A stretch of DNA of 64,000 bases from Candidatus Sungiibacteriota bacterium (GCA_016432465.1 CP066690.1:250702-314701); one strand, 5' to 3'. Numbered from the stretch's first letter, positions 1 to 8,324 are shown. Translations and numbers: made by a program. The notes: a model not told the origin generated them from the letters alone.

Positions 1-5
1 ATGCG

Positions 6-296
6 GTGGACAGCGTCTTTGCTTATCTTGAAAAAATGGGAGAGCTTGCCAAAAATCTTTTCTGGTGGGGAATAAGTATTGCTGCCGCCATAGTCCCGGT
101 AATTTCTCTTCACCTTTTTCTTGAAATACGAGGTTGGGAACGGGAGTGGATAACTTACGTCCTGGTAGCGCTGGCGCTTGCTACAGGATATTTTACCGGA
201 AAGTACTTGGCAGTACGTCTCTGGCAATGCACTTGTATCTGTCACAGTTTCGGATTTAATCGTTTCTCCTGTGCCCACTGCAAGGCAGAGGTCTAA
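6..296 (+). CDS. hypothetical small membrane protein
   Basis: 96-aa ORF with two hydrophobic segments; no recognisable motif; followed by terminator hairpin at 553-598. Confidence 0.3.
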   Translation: MDSVFAYLEKMGELAKNLFWWGISIAAAIVPVISLHLFLEIRGWEREWITYVLVALALATGYFTGKYLAVRLWQCTCICHSFGFNRFSCAHCKAEV

Positions 297-552
297 GATA
301 TGAACTACTCGGCAGCAAGCTGCCGAGATTATATTTGTAGAACCCCGTCACCAATTTTGCGGGATGACGGATGGCGAAGCGCTTCGCCCGTCAAGGGATG
401 TGCCTATTCGGCACGCGCGCTTCGCGGTCAACATCCATGGCCGTCTATTTCCGGCCCTTTTCAGTATACAGAGGCAAAATTGGTGAGGGGTTATCTTTCG
501 TTTCCGCCATTCATCGCGGCAGCTTGCTAGCGCGTTTTCTGGCGGACGAAAG

Positions 553-598
553 ATAAAAAAACAGCTCTGGAAATTTCCGAGCTGCTTTTGTTTTAACG
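553..598. terminator. bidirectional rho-independent terminator-like hairpin
   Basis: CAGCTC..GAGCTG stem flanked by A-run upstream and T-run downstream; sits between the 3' end of the + ORF and the 3' end of serA (-). Confidence 0.45.
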
Positions 599-611
599 CA
601 ATCCTGTTTCC

Positions 612-2174
612 CTAGGGAAGGGAAATTTTTCTTACTAATTTTATCTCCGGAAGTGAGCCAATTTGGGCAATAACTTCGGGACTTAGCTCACCACGATTTA
701 TACTCACCACGGCACAGGCCTGATTAGTCGTCGGATTGTTTCCGCTCTGCATCCGGGAGATATTTAAATTCTGCCCCGCCAAAACCCCAAGGACTTTGGC
801 AAAAACTCCGGGGACATCTTCATTTATAAAAACCAGGAGCTGACCACCAAGAGGCGTACCGCCGACAACATAACCATTTACGCTGACCAAAAGCGGCACC
901 CCTTCGTCAACTCGTCCCACAGCTTCAACCGCATGGGAACCCCGAATAAACCGAAGACCTATTTTCTTTTGCTTCTCTTCTTTTACAAAACTGTGGCAAA
1001 AAAATCCTCGCTCTTCGGCCGCCAAGGCCGCATTCACATAGCCTACTTCAAGAGTGTCCCTAAGAACTATACGCTCCAGCACTCCCCGTTCTTCAGCCGT
1101 AAAATCTCCTTCAAAATAATTCTCAATCCCATCGCCCACTCCACAAAATTGTCTAAGAAATCCGGTCAGGCGCTTGGCGAGCAACCGGTATGGGTCAAGG
1201 TGTCTGAAACGTTCGGTTTCAACATACGGAGCATTGACGGCATCACGGATAATACCCTCTTTAAGATAAAGAATAAGGGTCTGGACGATATTTTCTCCAA
1301 TTCGTTCTTCCGCCTCCTCGGTCTGACCGGCAACATGGGGCGTAACAATAATGTTGACCCCGCGATCTTGTAAGATCTTAATTGTGTCGCATCTTGTCTT
1401 ACACAATGGTTCTTCTTCAAAAACATCCAGTGCCGCACCCGCCAACCTTCCATCGGCAAGATGGCGCAACAGCGCCTCTTCGTCCACCACGCCGCCACGA
1501 GAAGTGTTTATCAAAAAGGCCGATGGCCGCATTTTCTGGATCGTCTCGGCATTGATCAATCTGGCGGTTACGGCCGTAAGCGAAACATGAACGGTTATAA
1601 CGTCGCTTTCCTGAAAAAGGGTGTCAAGATCAACCCGACGTATTCCACCCTCAAGCACCGGCACCACGTCATAACCCAAAAGGTCAACCCCAAAATTTTT
1701 CAGCCTTTGCGCCACCAAACGGCCAATTCTTCCGCAACCAATAATACCAACCTTTTTTCCGCAAAGTTCTCTCCCGACAAGTGAGCTTTTTAGCCAGTGC
1801 CCATTTTTCAGTTTACTGTCAGCAAACGGAATACGCCGCAGGAGAGCAAACATTAGTCCGATGGTGTGCTCGGCAACCGCATTTTCGTTCCCGCGGGGAG
1901 CGTTGCAGACCAGAATATTTTTCTTGGTTGCAGCTTCAACGTCAATATTATCTACCCCAACCCCCGCGCGTCCGATAATCTTTAAACGCTCGGCTAATTT
2001 CAGCACCATGGCGTCAATCTTGGTCCGACTCCGGATAATCATCCCGTCGTATCTGGAAATTTTTTGACAAAGATCATTTGGGGAAATTGTCGGCAACTCA
2101 TCCACTTCCAATCCTGCTTCGCGTAAAACGGCTGCGGCATTGGCCGAAACCGCATCAGCAATGAGAATACGCAC
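612..2174 (-). CDS. serA: D-3-phosphoglycerate dehydrogenase with C-terminal ACT domain
   Basis: 520 aa; 2-hydroxyacid dehydrogenase fold with NAD-binding GxGxxG (GIIGCGRIGRLVAQRL), catalytic R/H region, C-terminal ACT-like regulatory domain. Confidence 0.88.
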   Translation of the reverse strand: MRILIADAVSANAAAVLREAGLEVDELPTISPNDLCQKISRYDGMIIRSRTKIDAMVLKLAERLKIIGRAGVGVDNIDVEAATKKNILVCNAPRGNENAVAEHTIGLMFALLRRIPFADSKLKNGHWLKSSLVGRELCGKKVGIIGCGRIGRLVAQRLKNFGVDLLGYDVVPVLEGGIRRVDLDTLFQESDVITVHVSLTAVTARLINAETIQKMRPSAFLINTSRGGVVDEEALLRHLADGRLAGAALDVFEEEPLCKTRCDTIKILQDRGVNIIVTPHVAGQTEEAEERIGENIVQTLILYLKEGIIRDAVNAPYVETERFRHLDPYRLLAKRLTGFLRQFCGVGDGIENYFEGDFTAEERGVLERIVLRDTLEVGYVNAALAAEERGFFCHSFVKEEKQKKIGLRFIRGSHAVEAVGRVDEGVPLLVSVNGYVVGGTPLGGQLLVFINEDVPGVFAKVLGVLAGQNLNISRMQSGNNPTTNQACAVVSINRGELSPEVIAQIGSLPEIKLVRKISLP

Positions 2175-2304
2175 GTTGCCTTACCCCTACTTGTCAAGAA
2201 TTTTATTTAGCATAGCGGACTGCGGACTGCCGCGCAAGGGAACGATTGACACCCCCTTCCTTATATAGTAAGCTCCCCCACAGCACGATTAAACTACAGG
2301 TACA

Positions 2305-3219
2305 TTGGTGGAAGAGGTCCCGAAATTCATACAACAAGGGTTTCCGGTCCAGTTTGCGCGAAGCCGTGGGCGTAAAAAAGAGTGGTCTCCTTTTCCCTTT
2401 AGGCTTGAGTGGCAAACCGGGCTTTGGTTTGAACTTTTTGAAAAACATATTGAATTTATTGTGGGCGACATAGAACGCGCGAAGGCCGCAGAAAAACTAG
2501 TTGTTTATCTAAGTTGTCCCATTTCCAGCCGCGGCGGAGGATGGAGCCGGACCAACATAGAAGTTGCACACCATACCGCCCAACGCCTGACTCAACAGTG
2601 GGGCAACAGATTCTGGATTTTGAACCCTACGCTTTATCAGCTGGAGTCACGTGAAGGCCGGGGCCTTTTGAAAAGGCATGCCCATCTTCTTTCTTTGGAA
2701 AAAGGACTGAAGCACGAAATAGACATAGACTCGTTAAATAAGCTCTCGCCCCCGCGCGGTGGTGACTATCTCCGAATGTGGCTCCGCATACTTACGGAAG
2801 ACGGAGAAAGTAATTTAGGCGGCCGCTTTGACGCTTTTTACTTCCTAGGATCATCCGATGTCTGGAATTTTTTTACTCATTCTGGAAAAGTAAATGTTAC
2901 TGACGGTGTAGAGGACTACTTTGCGCGACAATTTGCGCGCGATCCAGAATTTCGCGAACGCTTTGGCGAGTCTCCGCATGCTCCAACTTTAGCAACGGAT
3001 TTCTTCCGTTACTATACAATAAAGGCAAGCTCACATTTTAGTCTCGGCTCACACGACGAGTACAACATTTGGCGAATCTTAAACGAACTTCGCTGTGAGG
3101 AACTGGGCCTCGCCGCTCAAATTCCTGGGTATTTTGACGGAAGACAACTTGGTCTGGGCGCCGCAGAAGTTCCGGTAACCCGCGGTTATGAAAAAACAAA
3201 ATCGGAAAAACTCGCTTAA
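2305..3219 (+). CDS. hypothetical protein
   Basis: 304-aa ORF, non-repetitive composition; TTGACA-N17-TAAGCT promoter-like sequence about 60 bp upstream; no recognisable family. Confidence 0.45.
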   Translation: MVEEVPKFIQQGFPVQFARSRGRKKEWSPFPFRLEWQTGLWFELFEKHIEFIVGDIERAKAAEKLVVYLSCPISSRGGGWSRTNIEVAHHTAQRLTQQWGNRFWILNPTLYQLESREGRGLLKRHAHLLSLEKGLKHEIDIDSLNKLSPPRGGDYLRMWLRILTEDGESNLGGRFDAFYFLGSSDVWNFFTHSGKVNVTDGVEDYFARQFARDPEFRERFGESPHAPTLATDFFRYYTIKASSHFSLGSHDEYNIWRILNELRCEELGLAAQIPGYFDGRQLGLGAAEVPVTRGYEKTKSEKLA

Positions 3220-3286
3220 AGCGAGTTTTAAATTGCAACTGATAAATTTTCATGATACGTTATTAATACTCGCAGAAGGCGCAGGG

Positions 3287-3333
3287 GGGCGTTTAGCCCC
3301 GACGCCTCGACTTTACGTCGGGGGTCGGGGCCT
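3287..3333. repeat. REP-like palindromic element (family GCCCCGACGCC..CGACTTTAC..CGGGGGTCGGGGC), copy 1
   Basis: near-identical copies at 4650-4725 and 28941-29000; two adjacent GC hairpins. Confidence 0.6.
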
Positions 3334-3394
3334 GCCTTCCCATCTTTGGACATACACCCACCCCCCCAAGTTAAAACAAATTCGTTTGATACAG

Positions 3395-3465
3395 GGGCGT
3401 ATAGCTCAATGGCAGAGCGTCTCTTTGACGTAGAGAAGGTTCAAGGTTCAAATCCTTGTACGCCC
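3395..3465 (+). tRNA. tRNA-Val (anticodon GAC)
   Basis: cloverleaf read by hand: acceptor GGGCGTA/TACGCCC, D-arm TAGCTCAATGGCAGAGC, anticodon stem TCTCT/AGAGA with loop TTGACGT, T-arm CAAGG-TTCAAAT-CCTTG. Confidence 0.75.
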
Positions 3466-3487
3466 ATTTCAAAGGTAGGAGGGTGAA

Positions 3488-3542
3488 GCAGAGCGTTACA
3501 TTGACATTGTAAGGGTCGCAGGTTCAATCCTTGCAACGCCCA
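3488..3542 (+). pseudogene. tRNA-Val(GAC) 3' fragment (half D-arm, anticodon arm, T-arm, 3' acceptor; no 5' acceptor strand)
   Basis: GCAGAGCG-TTACA-TTGACAT-TGTAA-GGGTCGCAGGTTCAATCCTTGCAACGCCCA parallels the adjacent tRNA-Val, but no complementary 5' acceptor strand exists upstream. Confidence 0.5.
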
Positions 3543-3583
3543 CTACGCAGTGCTTAATCGAACAAAAAGAAAATCACAATTAT

Positions 3584-4156
3584 TCATCGTGATTTTTGTT
3601 TTCTTTTTTTGAATAAAAATTCTTTTCTCAAAATCCACCGCCCATCTCTTCTTTGAACACAAAGATTAACCCCGTCAACAGTAAAAGTTCTTGTATATCG
3701 AAAACCTTTTAATTCTTTTTTATATCGTTGGATGTTTCGTTCCGTATCTTTGGAGAGGGTTATGTGCGGGTTGTATTTTGAAAAAGCCCAATATGTGCTT
3801 CGAGCCCCCATCCGATGTTTTTTCTGGACAAGCTTTTTAAGTAAGCTGTGAAGCCTTTGTAATTTTGCGGGACAACTTGATTTTGCGAAAAGAACTCTGT
3901 TATCAAACCAGCCCAGTCCATCAATTCGCATTCGAAATGGTCCGAACTCCTCAAGGCAGAGCGTGATATCTTTTATCAGCGGTATCAAGCCTGCTCGTAA
4001 AACAAATGGCGGAACAAGAGTAATATGTGCGGATGAATGCGAAATTCCACTCGGATTATATTTTTTGCGGTAACCATCAAGTTCAAGAACTATGTTTTTG
4101 GGGATTCTCACGGTAATTAGTAAACGCATTTTGTTTTCCTTTTTTAGCCTTTTCAA
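3584..4156 (-). CDS. 2H phosphoesterase superfamily protein (LigT/ThpR-like RNA 2',3'-cyclic phosphodiesterase)
   Basis: two H-x-T-x motifs (HITLVPPF and HITLSKD) spaced as in the LigT family; about 180 aa. Confidence 0.7.
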   Translation of the reverse strand: MKRLKKENKMRLLITVRIPKNIVLELDGYRKKYNPSGISHSSAHITLVPPFVLRAGLIPLIKDITLCLEEFGPFRMRIDGLGWFDNRVLFAKSSCPAKLQRLHSLLKKLVQKKHRMGARSTYWAFSKYNPHITLSKDTERNIQRYKKELKGFRYTRTFTVDGVNLCVQRRDGRWILRKEFLFKKRKQKSR

Positions 4157-4301
4157 ATAAGATATGTTAATATAAACATATTAATACAGCGGTGGCAAGT
4201 TTAATACATGGGAGGATTTATAGCAATTTCCCCACATAATTATTTGGTAATTTTTGTGACAAGGTGCGTATATATTCGGTTAATGACCCATTAAGTCCAC
4301 T

Positions 4302-4658
4302 ATGCAAAAATCCGAACATGTACCATCTGAAGAAAACAGAGAAGAACCGACGCTCGAGAAACTTGATCGCGCGCTGGAAGAAGAAGAAGAACATCTTAAA
4401 GAATTCCCAAACCACGGAATCCATTTGGGAACTATGGAATTGCTGCATATCTCCAAACACTCCCCCGAACTTAGTAAATTTTTTGCCGATGCCGAAGAGA
4501 TATTAGAGCTTGACACTACGACAGCAGCACGGCTTAGAGATCTTGAAGAAAAATATTTAGCCTGTGTCATTACAGGGAAAGAAATTAAGGAGCTGGAAGA
4601 AAGATTTTTACATCCCTACTATCAAAAACTACAAAGGGAGAAAAGTGGGGGTGTTTAG
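4302..4658 (+). CDS. hypothetical acidic protein
   Basis: 118-aa ORF rich in E/K (LEEEEEHLKEF); the 3' end and stop codon lie inside REP-like copy 2. Confidence 0.35.
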   Translation: MQKSEHVPSEENREEPTLEKLDRALEEEEEHLKEFPNHGIHLGTMELLHISKHSPELSKFFADAEEILELDTTTAARLRDLEEKYLACVITGKEIKELEERFLHPYYQKLQREKSGGV

Positions 4659-4725
4659 CCCCGACGCCCCGACTTTACTCGGGGGTCGGGGCCCCGACCG
4701 CAAGGCGCGTCGGGGTTTAACCCTC
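4650..4725. repeat. REP-like palindromic element, copy 2
   Basis: GTTTAGCCCCGACGCCCCGACTTTACTCGGGGGTCGGGGCCCCGACC; same family as 3287 and 28941. Confidence 0.6.
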
Positions 4726-4809
4726 CCATCAATGAACAGGTTCGCTACGAAACAGAGTTTTTAGACGACCTCTTGGTAAAACGTCATTTATTCACTCCGT
4801 TAGATTTAT

Positions 4810-4839
4810 GGGTGCTTAGCTCAGTGGTAGAGTGTCTCG
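4810..4839 (+). pseudogene. tRNA 5' fragment (acceptor 5' strand, D-arm and 5' half of anticodon stem only)
   Basis: GGGTGCTTAGCTCAGTGGTAGAGTGTCTCG has no matching 3' half; flanked by direct repeats of CGT(CA)TTTATTCAC(C/T)CCGTTAGA. Confidence 0.45.
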
Positions 4840-4866
4840 TTTATTCACCCCGTTAGAAATCAAGCT

Positions 4867-4938
4867 GGGCAGTTAGTTCAATGGCAGAACGTCTGTTTTA
4901 CACACAGAAGGTTGTAGGTTCGATTCCTACACTGCCCA
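4867..4938 (+). tRNA. tRNA-Val (anticodon TAC)
   Basis: acceptor GGGCAGT/ACTGCCC, anticodon stem TCTGT/ACAGA with loop TTTACAC, T-arm GTAGG-TTCGATT-CCTAC; flanked by complementary CCCCGTTAGAAAT / ATTTCTAACGGGG. Confidence 0.75.
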
Positions 4939-4984
4939 AATTTCTAACGGGGCAGGCCGAGAAGAGCGGGGGTTCGAATCCCAT

Positions 4985-5040
4985 CATCTTCTTAGACAGA
5001 ACAAAATTCTCCCTTGCGGGGAATTTTGTTCTGTCTTAAA
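4985..5040. repeat. long perfect hairpin (16-bp stem AGACAGAACAAAATTC / GAATTTTGTTCTGTCT)
   Basis: read directly; lies in the 700-bp non-coding tRNA/repeat region. Confidence 0.5.
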
Positions 5041-5235
5041 TGCGTGGGGAATCGAACGGGGAGCAAAGAGTGAATGTCTTCACTCTTTGCGAACCCAGGA
5101 TTTTGCCGAGGGTAAAAAGCAAAAGATTTTGCTTTTTACGGGCTCGCTACATTCACAGCGCGAGTTTACGAGCGTATTGTGAAAGCGAACCCCGGGTTTG
5201 CTGAAGAAGCAAACAAAATCGATTCCCTCAACGCC
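5040..5235 (+). ncRNA. conserved structured element, copy D (family also at 12100-12310, 41905-42115, 43455-43590)
   Basis: shares the 5' motif GTGGGGAATCGAACGGGG, the GTGAATGTCTTCAC hairpin, a GTTTGCT-GAAGAA-GCAAAC hairpin and a 3' CGATTCCC that pairs with the 5' GGGAATCG; helices covary between copies. Confidence 0.4.
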
Positions 5236-5274
5236 CATCCCTGATTGTCGGCGCGAATTTTTCCGAAGCGAGGG

Positions 5275-5366
5275 CGGCGGCGGGCATTCCGCCCCCCAAC
5301 CCCCTCCTGCCGCGCCGTCCTCGCTCTGTCTCTTGACTCAATCGCTTTAGTTTGCTAAAGTGGCGG
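5275..5366. repeat. left copy of a ~90-bp inverted repeat carrying a promoter-like TTGACT-N17-TAAAGT
   Basis: reverse complement of 7311-7400 with 1-2 mismatches over about 85 bp; the inner edge abuts the GTG start at 5368. Confidence 0.7.
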
Positions 5367-5367
5367 T

Positions 5368-5682
5368 GTGGACTGGAAAAGCAAAGAAAACAAGAGGTTA
5401 ATTCAAGCAGTCCTGGCTCTCAAAACAGACGACGAGGCCAGACGATTTTTGCGTGATTTGATGACCGAAAAAGAAATTGAGGAGTTTGCTAAACGATTGA
5501 AAGCCGCCGAAATGCTGACGGAAAAAGTACCATATTCGGTAATCGAAAGTGAAACCGGCTTGAGTTCTACTACCGTTGCTCGTGTTGCAAAGTGGTTGAA
5601 CGGAAAAGAAGGCGGCTACAGAACAATTATCAGCAAACTTCATCATCACAACTCTATCCAAACACGGAGAGGGTTGTCTTAA
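5368..5682 (+). CDS. TrpR-related YerC/YecD-family DNA-binding protein
   Basis: 104 aa; LKTxDEAxxFxxDLxTxxEIExxAxRL...GLSxTTxxRVxxxLxxGxGGY pattern typical of the YerC/YecD family. Confidence 0.7.
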   Translation: MDWKSKENKRLIQAVLALKTDDEARRFLRDLMTEKEIEEFAKRLKAAEMLTEKVPYSVIESETGLSSTTVARVAKWLNGKEGGYRTIISKLHHHNSIQTRRGLS

Positions 5683-5791
5683 TGTATTTTTTTTTTCGCA
5701 TGAAGCTAACCCCCTCCGTAATTGGAGGGGGTTTACGTTTGCCTACCCATGACAAAACGGCAAACATAGTTCCTTAAAAAAGGAGGAAGCA

Positions 5792-6460
5792 ATGGAAAAC
5801 ATCTCGCTGGTTCGGTACTCACCTAATGGTGGCGAGCACGAACTCACGGCACAACTCGTGGAGTGCTACCGTGATGTGTTCGCAGATGGGCCGTGGCACG
5901 AATGGCTCAAGTGTCCGCAGTGTCAAAAATATTGGGGTACGAGAGATAGAAGTTTTCTTGCCTCAAACAGGTTTCGCCACTGCAATACGCCACTCGTGGA
6001 CTTCTGGCCACGCGAACAAGTAGTTTGCGATCTTCATCACGAGATTACACTAGAAGCTTCATGTTGGCTTGCCATAAGCAATCTCTCGGTCATCGGTTTT
6101 TGTTGGGGTTACCCAATAACCATCATCGACCTAGAAGCAAAGCTTGGCGTTTCTTTCGGCGCCGAACTTGCATACGAACCCACGGAGCTGGTCGCATATC
6201 AGGATGAAGTAGGCGTCCTTTCTGCCTATCGTGGGCGCAAAATAGCAAAAGCGATGGTCACGCGCCGTCTCGAGGACTTTCTTGCACAAGACTTGAAAGT
6301 TGGAATAGTCAGAACGAGGCAGAGCCCGGAGTCTTCCGAAACCTTCTTGTGGTACACCAACAAGTTGGGCTATCGTATTCTTGCAAACTATCCTGGCGAA
6401 GACGGTAGAGTAGTTCTGGGTCGCAACCTCGATGGCCTCAAAGAATTGCTCGCTCCCTAA
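5792..6460 (+). CDS. putative GNAT-family acetyltransferase with N-terminal Cys4 zinc-ribbon
   Basis: CPQC...HC cluster near the N-terminus; VGVLSAYRGRKIAKAMV resembles GNAT motif A (Q/RxxGxG/A). Confidence 0.45.
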   Translation: MENISLVRYSPNGGEHELTAQLVECYRDVFADGPWHEWLKCPQCQKYWGTRDRSFLASNRFRHCNTPLVDFWPREQVVCDLHHEITLEASCWLAISNLSVIGFCWGYPITIIDLEAKLGVSFGAELAYEPTELVAYQDEVGVLSAYRGRKIAKAMVTRRLEDFLAQDLKVGIVRTRQSPESSETFLWYTNKLGYRILANYPGEDGRVVLGRNLDGLKELLAP

Positions 6461-6480
6461 CGCAACAGCCTTGCGTGATT

Positions 6481-7317
6481 TCACGCAAGGCTGTTTTTCT
6501 TTTCTCCAAACAAAAAGGCTTCTTCACCAACTTTTTCTCGGTTTCGGGCAAAAAGAATAACGGCGGCTTTCTCGGCTCTTATTTCTTGGGTTCCATCTAC
6601 TCCGATAACTTGTCCTTTCGACATTTCTTCAAAATCATCAAACGATTTTGTAAGAATAAATTTGTTGGTTTTTGTTTTGTACAAATCGTACATTCGTATA
6701 TACGATTGTTTTTGTGGCATTAGATCATTTGCAATGTGGTCACGAGCCTTAAGAAATGCGAAAATACTTTTTTCTGCAATCTGTTCTGATTGAGGATTGC
6801 CGAGAAAGCCGCACTCAATGCAAATCCCTATTTTGCCGATACTATTCATGTAGTAGTCGGTGCCGCCAGGCTCTATTTGATCAAAGCCGGACGCAATGCG
6901 TTCAACTGGCAAATACTTAATAATCCCTGTTGCATTTGCTTCGCAAATAACAAAAGGTTTGCTCGTCGACGTGCGACTCGCGTGTATATCCAAAAGTGCT
7001 TCGGCTTTATTCAAATAGGTTTTTAGAAATTGAGCGCGACTATATTCATAACTCTCTTTTTCCTTTTCTGAAAATTGTTCATTGCGATTGAACATTCTAT
7101 TTAGATTGGCCCCTACATATCGCTTATTAGCTTCAACCGCTCGTGGGTTTCCATAGCCAAATAAAACTACCCCGCGCTCAATTTCGAGGGTTGGTAAAAT
7201 TTTTTCCAATGCTTCCAGTCCACATTTTTCATCACCATGCACGCCAACCAGAACGATACTTGTCGTTCCTTTTTCTCGGCCAGTGATTTTAATAATTTCT
7301 TCAAACATTACCGCCAC
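6481..7317 (-). CDS. succinylglutamate desuccinylase / aspartoacylase (AstE/AspA) family zinc hydrolase
   Basis: VHGDEKCG (HGxE zinc-binding motif) near the N-terminus; 278 aa. Confidence 0.7.
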   Translation of the reverse strand: MAVMFEEIIKITGREKGTTSIVLVGVHGDEKCGLEALEKILPTLEIERGVVLFGYGNPRAVEANKRYVGANLNRMFNRNEQFSEKEKESYEYSRAQFLKTYLNKAEALLDIHASRTSTSKPFVICEANATGIIKYLPVERIASGFDQIEPGGTDYYMNSIGKIGICIECGFLGNPQSEQIAEKSIFAFLKARDHIANDLMPQKQSYIRMYDLYKTKTNKFILTKSFDDFEEMSKGQVIGVDGTQEIRAEKAAVILFARNREKVGEEAFLFGEKKNSLA

Positions 7318-7400
7318 TTTAGCAAACTAAAGCGATTGAGTCAAGAGGCAGAGCGAGGACGGCGCGGCAGGAGGGGGTTGGGGGGCGGAATGCCGCGCCG
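7311..7400. repeat. right copy of the ~90-bp inverted repeat (same promoter-like sequence, reading leftwards into the AstE-like gene)
   Basis: ACCGCCACTTTAGCAAACTAAAGCGATTGAGTCAAGAGGCAGAGCGAGGACGGCGCGGCAGGAGGGGGTTGGGGGGCGGAATGCC is the reverse complement of 5275-5366. Confidence 0.7.
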
Positions 7401-7639
7401 TCCGAGCAGGACATTGGCACGAGCCTCCGCCTGCCCGTTAGGGCAGAACGCCGAAACAAAATTTTCTTTCTCTTTTAGAAGAAAAAAATCTGGCGCGCGC
7501 GAAAAATCAAAAATGTAAAGAAAATTTTGTTGGGGCGTAGCCCCGCCTTTGGCGGGACGCGGAGGCGTTGAGTAGCTAGAATTTTTTAGGAATTTTTGAC
7601 AAAGTAGGTTCGAGCGGACTCATAAAGATACATTCCCAT

Positions 7640-7678
7640 AAAAACCATCCCTCTGCCATTGGCAGAGGGATGGTTTTT
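7640..7678. terminator. bidirectional terminator-like hairpin
   Basis: AAAAACCATCCCTCTGCCA-TTGG-CAGAGGGATGGTTTTTAT: 15-bp stem with A-run and T-run on either side. Confidence 0.45.
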
Positions 7679-7718
7679 ATATTAGTCTTCAAGCAGTAGT
7701 CTTTGAAAAAGGTTATTC

Positions 7719-8324
7719 ATGGAACCCGTGGAGTCGGATGAACGCACGCCCAACCTAAAACGCTATCTTGAAAAATTAGGAATCGCGCTTGGGGAGCTAT
7801 ACGGAAAAAGGATTTTAGACATCGGCGCCGGTGGTCTTTATTTTGCCAAAGAAGCATGGTTGGCGCATGAAATAAAAGTATTCTCTGTTGAGCCGGACTT
7901 AACCGAGTCTATTTCACGCTATTACGGACTATTCGCTTATGCTACGGCCTGTTGTCAAACCAGTCCCGAACTTGAGGCCTTTCAAATAACCCTAAGACGC
8001 ACCGTAAGGGCCTTCGGACAGGCGCTTCCGTTTAAAGATGAATCATTTGATTATGTGGTTTCTATTTTTGGAGTTCCTTTTATGATTAAGAACTACTTTG
8101 AAGGGTTACTTGCTATCAATGAAGGATTGCGGGTGCTTAGACACAAAGGAACACTTATTTTTTATCCCCTGGAGTCACAGTTTTTTGACATTAAAGAAAA
8201 TACGGCCCTGAAGGCAGAGATGCTTGTCTTGCGAAAATTCCCTGATTTTAGGATAGTGCTCTCGCCCTATGATGATCCCGAAGCCATGAGAACCCTAACT
8301 CGGGTTATTATCAAAAAAGGATAA
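7719..8324 (+). CDS. class I SAM-dependent methyltransferase
   Basis: motif I ILDIGAGGL followed by an acidic residue at the end of beta-2 (FSVEPD); 201 aa. Confidence 0.65.
   Translation: MEPVESDERTPNLKRYLEKLGIALGELYGKRILDIGAGGLYFAKEAWLAHEIKVFSVEPDLTESISRYYGLFAYATACCQTSPELEAFQITLRRTVRAFGQALPFKDESFDYVVSIFGVPFMIKNYFEGLLAINEGLRVLRHKGTLIFYPLESQFFDIKENTALKAEMLVLRKFPDFRIVLSPYDDPEAMRTLTRVIIKKG

Noticed and set aside
933-2067. Several plus-strand ORFs of 65-146 aa inside serA
   Set aside because: They lie antisense to a well-supported 520-aa serA and have low-complexity composition.
3478-3545. A second complete tRNA-Val(GAC) next to the first
   Set aside because: The anticodon arm and T-arm fold, but there is no 5' acceptor strand and only half a D-arm, so I call it a tRNA fragment.
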